Below, piece by piece: positions 57,158 through 64,000 of a stretch of DNA of 64,000 bases. Position 1 is the first letter of the stretch; every line of letters begins with the position of its first letter. The notes beneath the pieces were generated by a model, which was not told the origin of the DNA, searched no databases, and worked only from the letters and a program-made list of their open reading frames with translations. The DNA comes from an uncultured Anaeroplasmataceae bacterium (GTDB lineage: Bacteria > Bacillota_I > Bacilli_A > Acholeplasmatales > Anaeroplasmataceae): assembly GCA_947629825.1 (NCBI GenBank), contig CANRFF010000002.1:25875-89874 (forward strand), read 5' to 3'. Position numbers and translations under genes: made by a program.

Positions 57158-57847
57158 ATGAAAAAAATCATTATCGGTTTGAGTATCGGACTGGCTTTTG
57201 CGGTAACGTTGATTGTTTCTTTGACGTTGCTTCTGCAAAAAAGTCAATCCAAACAGAAAATAATGTTATATAATTGGTATGATTATGAAAACAGGGAAGT
57301 CATGACAGTGCCTGCGAAAGAAGTCCGTTATTCGTATCCGTATCCTTTTTCGGCGAACTTTACTTCCACATCGGAAGATATTTGGAAACAATTGAAAAAC
57401 AATGAAATCTTTGTGGACGAAAGAAGTTGTTTTATCGATGATGATGATTGGAACGGATATCTGATGTTTGACGAAAACAATTATTATTTCGTATTTGAGA
57501 TCGAAGATGTCATCTGTGTGAGAAATTTAATTTGTAACATTGAATATCAGGGGTTATCGCTGGTAATTCCGCTTCAAAGTATTTTCTTTTTGAATATGGC
57601 TTATGTTCCTTCTTCGAAAGATAAAGTAAAAAGATATTTTGAGACGATAACTTTTGATGAAAGCAAAGAATTTTATTCCAGATTCGATACAAAGTGGGTT
57701 CAAATAGAAGAAGAAAGCCAACAAATCATCATATCTTCTTTGGATGTTTTTTCCGAAAAAAGATATTCCGTTTCTATCGACTACAACCAGAAACAAATCG
57801 GCGTCTTTATTGAAAATCAACTGCAGGTCATCTGTGAATCCGTATGA
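57158..57847 (+). CDS. Membrane-anchored hypothetical protein
   Basis: 229 aa with one N-terminal TM or signal-anchor segment, then a soluble domain with no recognisable motif. Confidence 0.5.
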   Translation: MKKIIIGLSIGLAFAVTLIVSLTLLLQKSQSKQKIMLYNWYDYENREVMTVPAKEVRYSYPYPFSANFTSTSEDIWKQLKNNEIFVDERSCFIDDDDWNGYLMFDENNYYFVFEIEDVICVRNLICNIEYQGLSLVIPLQSIFFLNMAYVPSSKDKVKRYFETITFDESKEFYSRFDTKWVQIEEESQQIIISSLDVFSEKRYSVSIDYNQKQIGVFIENQLQVICESV

Positions 57848-57881
57848 TCAAAGAGATTTTTTCTGTCAGCGGAAATGAATC

Positions 57882-57922
57882 AAAGCCATTGAATATCTTT
57901 GATATAAAATGGCTTTTTTTAT
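57882..57922 (+). terminator. Rho-independent terminator after the ABC block
   Basis: AAAGCCATT (57882-57890) pairs with AATGGCTTT (57908-57916), followed by TTTTT. Confidence 0.65.
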
Positions 57923-58033
57923 GATGAAAATAAAAAACGGTATTTTATGTGGCAAAAGATTTTGAATGGGCTCTGGAAAAAAATCGGTAAAAGGTCTGAA
58001 TCCGCCGATAAAAGCATAAGATTAGTAGGTGAT

Positions 58034-59302
58034 ATGATGCTTTTTTATTTGGTTGGGATTAAGGGAGCCGGAATGAGCGCTTTGGCTAAGATTTTACATC
58101 GGGACGGTCATTTGATTTACGGAGTAGACGTTTCTGAAAATTTTTATACCAATACGGGAATGCAAGAGATGGTCATCGAAGATTTTTCGAATATGAAGTT
58201 GAAATCTTCTTATTTTTATATTGTCGGGAATGCTTACGAACAACACAGCGTTACCCGCTATATCCGAAATATGCACTTTCGGTTTTTACTTTATCCGGAA
58301 TTTCTGAATTTTTATTTTCGATCGAAACGCTGGATTTGTATCAGCGGAAGTCATGGGAAAACAACGACAACCAAACTGACGGCACACCTTTTGAATCAGG
58401 GAATTGCGTTGATCGGCAATGGGGAAATTCAATATCAGAAAGGAAATTTGTTTCTTTTGGAATCTTGCGAGTATAAAAACACGTTTTTGAAATATCATCC
58501 GCAAATTGCCGTGGTATTGAATGTGGATTACGATCATCCCGATTTTTTCAAATCGGAACGGGAATATCGCAACTCTTTTTTGAAATTGATTCAACAAAGC
58601 CGAATCAGTATCATTAACGGAGATGAACTTCCTCTTTCCCAAGAAGGCGTCATTACGTTTGGTCGCAAACCGGAAAATGATATTTGTTTCACCTATGAAG
58701 TGGCAGGACAGGAAAGCAGAGTACGGATTTTGAATCAGTATTTTATCATTCCGATGTTGGGAGTTCATTTCGCTTATGATTTTGTCGGAGCCTATCTGGT
58801 ATGCAAGTTATTGGGAATTTCCGATGTCGTCATCCGCAATCGTTTGAATTCTTTTCAAATGCCGAACAGACGTTTGGAAAATGTTTCTTCACAGGATCAG
58901 GAAATCTATTGCGATTATGCTCATCACCCGTCGGAAATCAAGGCTTTTTACGAAACGATTTGTTTGAAACATCCGAATCATAAGAAAATCATCATCTTCG
59001 AACCTCATACCATCAGTCGACTGGAAACTTTTCAAACGCAGTTCAAAGAAGCTTTGAGTTTGTTTGACGAATGTTATATGACTTCACTGTTCACGAGTTG
59101 CCGGGAAGTACATCAAACGACGAAAGAACAAAAAATTTATCAGTATCTGGGATTTCCGTCATATTCCGAAGAAGCAATGAAAAAACTCATGGAACAAAAA
59201 TCGGTGGTCATTTGCTTTTTGGGAGCAGGGACGAATGATCGCAATTATCAGAAGTATTTGACGAAGAAGCGCAAAAATAAAAGTATAGAAACGTTTTCAT
59301 AA
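58034..59302 (+). CDS. murC: UDP-N-acetylmuramate--L-alanine ligase
   Basis: GIKGAGMSALAKIL, ISGSHGKTTTT and DYAHHPSEI motifs. The start is placed at ATG 58034, after a TAGGTGA RBS. Confidence 0.85.
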   Translation: MMLFYLVGIKGAGMSALAKILHRDGHLIYGVDVSENFYTNTGMQEMVIEDFSNMKLKSSYFYIVGNAYEQHSVTRYIRNMHFRFLLYPEFLNFYFRSKRWICISGSHGKTTTTKLTAHLLNQGIALIGNGEIQYQKGNLFLLESCEYKNTFLKYHPQIAVVLNVDYDHPDFFKSEREYRNSFLKLIQQSRISIINGDELPLSQEGVITFGRKPENDICFTYEVAGQESRVRILNQYFIIPMLGVHFAYDFVGAYLVCKLLGISDVVIRNRLNSFQMPNRRLENVSSQDQEIYCDYAHHPSEIKAFYETICLKHPNHKKIIIFEPHTISRLETFQTQFKEALSLFDECYMTSLFTSCREVHQTTKEQKIYQYLGFPSYSEEAMKKLMEQKSVVICFLGAGTNDRNYQKYLTKKRKNKSIETFS

Positions 59303-59307
59303 AAGAA

Positions 59308-59336
59308 TTGATATTCTTTTGAGACTATGATATAAT
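59308..59336 (+). promoter_or_regulatory. Sigma-A promoter of ccpA
   Basis: TTGATA (59308-59313), a 17-nt spacer, then TATAAT (59331-59336). Confidence 0.65.
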
Positions 59337-59360
59337 TATCATGGAAGTGAGGCGGTTTCT

Positions 59361-60356
59361 ATGGCAAATACAACAATTTACGATGTGGCCGGAGCAGCGA
59401 AAGTTTCTTTGGCGACAGTAAGTCGTGTCATGAACAATCCGGAAAAAGTCAATCCGGAAACCCGGGAAAGAGTATTGAAAGTAATCAAAGAATTGGGATA
59501 TCGTCCGAATGCGATCGCTCGGGGATTGGCAAGCAGAAAGACCACAACGGTTGGAATTGTCATGGCAGATGTTTCCCGATCTTCTACCGCACAGTTGTTG
59601 GGTGGAATTATCGATATCGCGAAAAAATATGAATATTCCATCAAAGTTTTCTGTATCGGTCCGGATGAGGATATCGAAGATGCGATGAGAATTGTGGTGG
59701 CGGAACAAGTCGACGGAATTTTATTTTTGAATGACGAATTGAACAAAGAAAAGATGACGTTGGCATTGAATTATATCAAAGAATCCATGATTCCGGTCGT
59801 TTTGTCGAACGTGATTTTCGAAGATGAAGAAATCCCGTCGGTAGCGATTGATTACGAGACGGCCACATACGAAATTACAAAACAGATGTTGGCGTCCGGC
59901 AGAAAAGATATTTATTTGTTTTCAACGGTGCATATTTATTCGATCAATAATAAAAAAGAGGCCGGATATGTTCAGGCCATGAAAGAAGCCGGATTGGAAC
60001 CGAAAATTTTCAGAACCAGCGGAGATGTTTCAATCAATCGTCTGCATTTTGAAGGATTTTTCGAAAATAATAAGGTCGACGGTGTCATTGCGGTCAGAGA
60101 CAGTATTGCCATCAGTTTTATGAATACGGCTTTGGATCACGGTAAAAAAATTCCGGAAGAATTGGATGTTGTGGGGTTACAGAATACCAAATATTCGATT
60201 TTAAGTCGTCCGCACTTGACATGTGTGGATACTCCGGTGTATGATATAGGCGCTGTTTCAATGAGATTGTTGACCAAGTATATGAAACAGGAAGAAGTTC
60301 AGGAAAACAAAGTATTGTTGCCGTATCACATTATCAAAAGAGGTTCGACAATTTAA
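59361..60356 (+). CDS. ccpA: Catabolite control protein A (LacI family)
   Basis: TIYDVAGAAKVSLATVSRVMNNPEKVNPETRERVLKVIKELGYRPNAIARGLASRKTTTVGIV is nearly colinear with the N-terminus of B. subtilis CcpA. Confidence 0.85.
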   Translation: MANTTIYDVAGAAKVSLATVSRVMNNPEKVNPETRERVLKVIKELGYRPNAIARGLASRKTTTVGIVMADVSRSSTAQLLGGIIDIAKKYEYSIKVFCIGPDEDIEDAMRIVVAEQVDGILFLNDELNKEKMTLALNYIKESMIPVVLSNVIFEDEEIPSVAIDYETATYEITKQMLASGRKDIYLFSTVHIYSINNKKEAGYVQAMKEAGLEPKIFRTSGDVSINRLHFEGFFENNKVDGVIAVRDSIAISFMNTALDHGKKIPEELDVVGLQNTKYSILSRPHLTCVDTPVYDIGAVSMRLLTKYMKQEEVQENKVLLPYHIIKRGSTI

Positions 60357-60371
60357 TCGGTTTCGATGAAA

Positions 60372-60551
60372 AAAGATCCAGTAAAAACGAATCGGCTGAC
60401 CCAAGAGAGTCTATGGTGGTGCAAATAGATGCAACCGTCGTTTTGAAATACACTTTTGGAGGAACCAAAAGAAACGAGTGCCATAAATGATTTTATGGAA
60501 CTAAGGTGGTACCGCGAAGAATTCGTCCTTAGGAATAAGGACGTTTTTTTT
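60372..60551 (+). promoter_or_regulatory. T-box leader (Tyr specifier UAC) with intrinsic terminator; 5' boundary approximate
   Basis: AGAGAG and GGTGGTG stem-I elements are present. The specifier is GAAA-TAC-A at 60449-60451. The T-box motif is AACTAAGGTGGTACCGCG. The terminator pairs 60524-60531 with 60536-60543 and ends in T8. Confidence 0.9.
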
Positions 60552-60573
60552 ATTTTAAAAACGGAGGGAAAAA

Positions 60574-61800
60574 ATGGGTATTTATGAAGAATTGGAATGG
60601 AGAGGTTTGATCAAAGACGTTTCCGATCCGAAATTGAAAGAAAAATTGAATCAGGGGGGAATGACCTTTTATATCGGTACGGATCCGACGGGAGATAGTT
60701 TGCATATCGGTCATTTTTCCAGTTTTTTAATCAGTAAAAGATTAAAAGATGCCGGTCATCATCCGATTTTGTTGGTCGGCGGCGGAACCGGACTGATCGG
60801 CGATCCCAAGCCGGACAGCGAGCGCCCGATGATTACCAAAGAAGAGGTGGAACATAATTTCCGTTGTTTGAAGGCTCAGGCGGAAAAACTATTCGGTTTT
60901 GAAGTGGTGAACAACTATGACTGGTTCAAAGATATCGCTTTTATTGATTTTTTACGGGATTTCGGAAAATATTTCAATGTCAATTATATGATTAACAAAG
61001 ATATTGTCCGAAGAAGATTGGATTCCGGAATCACGTATACCGAATTTTCGTATATGTTGATGCAGGCCTATGATTTTTGGCATTTGAATCAGACGAGAAA
61101 TTGCGAATTACAGGTAGCCGGACAGGATCAATGGGGAAATATTACGGCCGGAATCGATTTGATTCGTAAAAAGTCTCAAAAAGAAGTATATGGTTTTACG
61201 ATGCCTCTGTTGACCAAAAGCGACGGTTCGAAATTCGGCAAGACCAATGGACATGCGATTTGGTTGGACATTCATAAAACAAGCGCTTATGAAATGTATC
61301 AATTCTTTATCAATGCCGAAGACGAAAAAGTGATTGACTACCTGAAATTTTTAACCTTTTTGTCGAAAGAAGAAATCGAACGAATTGCCGAAGAACAGAA
61401 ACAGGCACCGCATTTACGGACGGCTCAGAAAGTACTTGCGCAGGAAGTGATTACTTTTATTCACGGGAAGGGAGCTTATGAAGAGGCTTTGAAAATTTCG
61501 CAGGCTTTGTTTGCGGGAGATATTCAGGCACTGACCGCCGAAGAAATCGAAATGGGAATGAAAGATCTTCCTTCGATGAAAACCACGACGGAACTTCCGT
61601 TGGTCGATGCGTTGATTTCACTTCAACTGGCAACGTCCAAACGGGAAGCCAGAGAGTTCATTCGCAACGGTGCAGTCAGTGTGAATGGTCGCAAATGCGC
61701 AGACGAACAAGCGATTCTCAGTCGAAATGATTCCATCGGCAATAAATTTATTGTTGTCCGTCGCGGGAAAAAACTTTATGCGTTGATTCGTTTTGAATAA
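60574..61800 (+). CDS. tyrS: Tyrosine--tRNA ligase
   Basis: HIGH motif (LHIGH), KFGKT (KMSKS-type) motif, and a C-terminal S4-like domain. Confidence 0.97.
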   Translation: MGIYEELEWRGLIKDVSDPKLKEKLNQGGMTFYIGTDPTGDSLHIGHFSSFLISKRLKDAGHHPILLVGGGTGLIGDPKPDSERPMITKEEVEHNFRCLKAQAEKLFGFEVVNNYDWFKDIAFIDFLRDFGKYFNVNYMINKDIVRRRLDSGITYTEFSYMLMQAYDFWHLNQTRNCELQVAGQDQWGNITAGIDLIRKKSQKEVYGFTMPLLTKSDGSKFGKTNGHAIWLDIHKTSAYEMYQFFINAEDEKVIDYLKFLTFLSKEEIERIAEEQKQAPHLRTAQKVLAQEVITFIHGKGAYEEALKISQALFAGDIQALTAEEIEMGMKDLPSMKTTTELPLVDALISLQLATSKREAREFIRNGAVSVNGRKCADEQAILSRNDSIGNKFIVVRRGKKLYALIRFE

Positions 61801-61802
61801 AA

Positions 61803-61841
61803 GAAAAGGGACTTATCATTCGATAAGCCCTTTTCTTTTTT
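61803..61841 (+). terminator. Rho-independent terminator after tyrS
   Basis: GGG(A)CTTATC (61808-61817) pairs with GATAAGCCC (61822-61830), with one bulged A. It is followed by TTTTCTTTTTT. Confidence 0.75.
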
Positions 61842-61988
61842 GGGAGAGATTATTGAAAAGTTATTTCTTTCTATTAGTATATTATCATTTATGAAAGCGC
61901 TTGTCAAGACAAAAATGTTTTTTTTGAAAAAATAATTCCATTTGTAAAAAAAACAAGAGTATGCTACAATTTTTATGGATGTGATAGA

Positions 61989-62399
61989 GTGAATCGGAAA
62001 CAGATTGTTATGGATATGAGAACCGGCGGTTTTTTGAAAGGACATCGGCCGGCGGTGGTTTTTCTGAAAAAAAACATCGGAAAAATTTATTTGGAAGGAA
62101 CGGCGGATTTTGTCTTGTCGATGACCGAAAAAAGACTGCATTTTCAAAGACTTTCTTTTTTTACGAAAAAGTGTCTGCCGAAAAAAGATTTTTCGATTCT
62201 GAAAAGCGAAATCAAATCCTATCAACATCGTAAAGTGAACATTGCGGTAGAATGTTTGACATTGTATACGCAGGATCGTCGTTTTATTGAAATTTATTAT
62301 TATGTCGGTATTGTCGATACGATAGAAACGGAAGAAAACATGAAAAGTATTCTGCAGAATCTGATTCAAAACGGAGTAAAGGAATCTCATATTTTATGA
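61989..62399 (+). CDS. Hypothetical protein (136 aa)
   Basis: GTG start preceded by a TTGTAA-17-TACAAT promoter-like pair near 61940-61968. Its stop overlaps the next ATG (ATGA). No family recognised. Confidence 0.5.
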   Translation: MNRKQIVMDMRTGGFLKGHRPAVVFLKKNIGKIYLEGTADFVLSMTEKRLHFQRLSFFTKKCLPKKDFSILKSEIKSYQHRKVNIAVECLTLYTQDRRFIEIYYYVGIVDTIETEENMKSILQNLIQNGVKESHIL

Positions 62400-62533
62400 A
62401 AGAATTGACACAAAAAGAAAAAGATCTCATTAAAAAGATTGAACAAAAGAAAAAGACGACGAAATTCGAAACGAGAAAAGAAATGTATTTACAACAAACG
62501 GATCGGAATTATAAGGACGGTGATCGCAATTGA
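62396..62533 (+). CDS. Lys/Glu-rich micro-ORF (45 aa; below the ORF-track cutoff)
   Basis: Hand translation gives MKELTQKEKDLIKKIEQKKKTTKFETRKEMYLQQTDRNYKDGDRN. It overlaps both neighbours by 4 nt (ATGA upstream, TTGA downstream). Confidence 0.35.
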   Translation: MKELTQKEKDLIKKIEQKKKTTKFETRKEMYLQQTDRNYKDGDRN

Positions 62534-63363
62534 TCGAATTGGGAAAAAGAGTGACGCTGGAAGTAGTTCGGAAAACCGATTTGGGATATATGTTGACTGA
62601 CGGCATGGAAGAAGTCCTGATGCATTATAAACAGTCCGATCGGGAACTGGAAATTCATGAAAAGGCAAACGTCTATATTTATTCGGATAAAGAAAACCGC
62701 AAGACCGCCACAATGCAGGAAGCCAGATTGGAAATGGAAAAGCCGAATTTCGTTCAAGTGGTTTCTCAAATGGCTTCCGTCGGTGTTTTTGTCGACAATC
62801 AGACACCGAAAGATCTTTTGGTTTCCAAAAACGATCTGCCCGAACACATCGAAGATTGGCCACGGGAAGGCGATACGCTTTATTGCGCTTTAAAACAGAA
62901 AAAAGACGCTTTGACGGCAAGACCGCTTCACCGCTTCGAAATCGACGGACACGAACGGTATGAGGAACAACAAATGGTAAAAGCGTATGTTCAGCATCTT
63001 TCATCGGCGGGCTTGGGACTGGTTTCTTCCGAAAGGACATTTATTTTCGTTCCTTATCAACAGTATCGGGGACATTTTCGTATGGGAGAAGAAGTTATGG
63101 TCAGAATTACCAAACAGACGGCGACGGAAACTTACGGAACGTTGAATTTGCCCAAAGAAAATCTGATTGAACCGGACAAACAAATGATTTTGGATTATTT
63201 CTCATCGCATACGGTTCTGCCTTTGACTGCGAAATCTTCCACCGAAGAAGTGGCTCGGATTTTTCCGATTTCCCGAAAGGCGTTCAAAAGAGCGTATGGG
63301 GCATTATACAAAGAAAAAAAGATTTTTTTCGATGAAAAAAACACCTATTTGAAATCTCGGTAA
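62530..63363 (+). CDS. cvfB: CvfB/YitL-family S1-domain RNA-binding protein
   Basis: Repeated S1-like units (G..V.L.V.R.TDLGYML; ASVGVFVD; GLGLVS) and a C-terminal winged-helix segment, ISRKAFKRAYGALYKEKKI. Confidence 0.7.
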   Translation: MIELGKRVTLEVVRKTDLGYMLTDGMEEVLMHYKQSDRELEIHEKANVYIYSDKENRKTATMQEARLEMEKPNFVQVVSQMASVGVFVDNQTPKDLLVSKNDLPEHIEDWPREGDTLYCALKQKKDALTARPLHRFEIDGHERYEEQQMVKAYVQHLSSAGLGLVSSERTFIFVPYQQYRGHFRMGEEVMVRITKQTATETYGTLNLPKENLIEPDKQMILDYFSSHTVLPLTAKSSTEEVARIFPISRKAFKRAYGALYKEKKIFFDEKNTYLKSR

Positions 63364-63486
63364 AAAGAAAATGCCTGTGAGGGCATTTTTTTATTTGTTC
63401 AAGAAAAAAATAATAAAAAATTTTAATGAATTGTATTGAATATTTTAAAACTGCGATGTATAATATAGGAAAAGGAGGTTAAAAGA

Positions 63487-63864
63487 ATGTTGGAATTTTT
63501 CGAAGTGGACGATTCTTCCGGTACGGCAAGCGTCTATGACAGCCATATTACCTTAAGTAAAACGTTGTTGAAATATTTCAAAGATGCCTATCGTGTCCGG
63601 CTCGGCGTCGATCGGGAAACAAACAAAGTCTATTTACATACCATCAATAAAGATTATGCGTTGAGCGGGGAATTGAATGAAGCTTCTTTGTTGAAAGTCT
63701 CCATTTCCAAAACATATGCCAGAGTTTGTTCGAAATCGGCAGTGAATTATATTTCCGATATTTTTCACTTTGTCATCGAAAAAAAGAAGTTTAAAAGATT
63801 CAAAGCGTGGTATGATAAAAAAAAGAATGTGATTGTGATTGATATGAAGGGAGAAATTGCATGA
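63487..63864 (+). CDS. Hypothetical protein (125 aa)
   Basis: AGGAGG RBS upstream. The stop overlaps the next ATG. No confident family; there is a faint AbrB/SpoVT-like feel to ITLSKTLLKYFKDAYRVRLGVD. Confidence 0.45.
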   Translation: MLEFFEVDDSSGTASVYDSHITLSKTLLKYFKDAYRVRLGVDRETNKVYLHTINKDYALSGELNEASLLKVSISKTYARVCSKSAVNYISDIFHFVIEKKKFKRFKAWYDKKKNVIVIDMKGEIA

Positions 63865-64000
63865 TGGAAAATTATATGGTATGGGTTTGGCTCGGTGTCT
63901 TTATCCTGACGATTGTGATCGAGTCGATTACTCAGGAATTGGTGTCGATCTGGTTTGCGGTCGGGGCTTTGATTGCGCTGGTGCTATCGGCAATTCCGAA
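63861..64000 (+). CDS. NfeD-like membrane protein, N-terminal part (runs off the window)
   Basis: MMENYMVWVWLGVFILTIVIESITQELVSIWFAVGALIAL resembles the N-terminal membrane region of NfeD/YuaF-type proteins. Confidence 0.45.
   Translation, partial: MMENYMVWVWLGVFILTIVIESITQELVSIWFAVGALIALVLSAIP

Noticed and set aside
57947-58033. Longer murC start (ORF-track 57947), and similar upstream starts for tpiA (44119), pgk (42712), the TrmH gene (50033), rpiB (3248) and cca (13290)
   Set aside because: Alignment logic with conserved N-termini (for example MAGNWKMN, MAKK...[15 protein letters not shown]) and RBS positions favours the internal ATGs. The upstream extensions overlap neighbouring genes or terminators.
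61776-62390. 204-aa minus-strand ORF overlapping the tyrS 3' end, its terminator and the 136-aa plus-strand ORF
   Set aside because: Its Phe/Ile/Asn-rich composition is typical of the antisense of Lys/Glu-rich coding sequence. It would read through the tyrS terminator. The plus-strand ORF has a promoter-like element and is coupled to downstream genes.

Overview
This is a 64-kb chromosomal segment from a low-GC Gram-positive (Bacillota-type) genome. It is densely coding, with about 75 protein genes, most of them on the + strand. I recognised no rRNA, tRNA, CRISPR array, transposase or prophage gene. Most of the window is housekeeping, arranged in blocks that mirror Bacillus subtilis synteny in condensed form. 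Block 1: rpiB-upp-atpZ/I-atpBEFHAGDC-DUF1146, followed by a spoIIQ-like gene and spoIIID. Block 2: cca, a cytoplasmic pullulanase, yhaM, and T-box-pheST. Block 3: rlmN, a kinase-less PASTA protein, rsgA, rpe, an ArsR/HMA/P1B-ATPase metal cassette, rpmB, yloV, recG, plsX and rnc. Block 4: a dapB-like gene, dnaD, nth and dnaE. Block 5: pgk, an HPr-like gene and tpiA. Block 6: rpsD, a GAF/fRMsr gene, thiI, a SASP gene, murC, ccpA and T-box-tyrS. Four sporulation-specific genes are present: a spoIIQ-like gene, spoIIID, a cse60-like micro-ORF below the ORF-track cutoff, and an alpha/beta-type SASP. The window opens with the tail of a sugar ABC / GH28 (oligogalacturonide) operon. Three stretches look most accessory or least explained. 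The first is an HTH-TPR regulator translationally coupled to a four-repeat Ig-like surface protein (35.6-38.2 kb). The second is an orphan 371-aa protein plus a small membrane protein between dnaE and pgk (41.3-42.6 kb). The third is a visibly AT-richer LysR / ABC exporter / orphan block (54.1-57.8 kb). Other points worth a second look are these: an ATP synthase c subunit with a two-carboxylate Na+-type ion-site signature; two T-box leaders (Phe, Tyr) sharing a 46-nt identical core, with specifier codons one base apart; an HPr paralog with Arg17 replaced, sitting inside pgk-tpiA; a GNAT-MsrA fusion; a SASP with an N-terminal copy of its own C-terminal motif; and a possible pseudoknot in the rpsD leader. 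I did not find a clear, self-evident novel multi-gene system such as a defence island. All family assignments come from reading motifs by eye; no database search or folding computation was possible.
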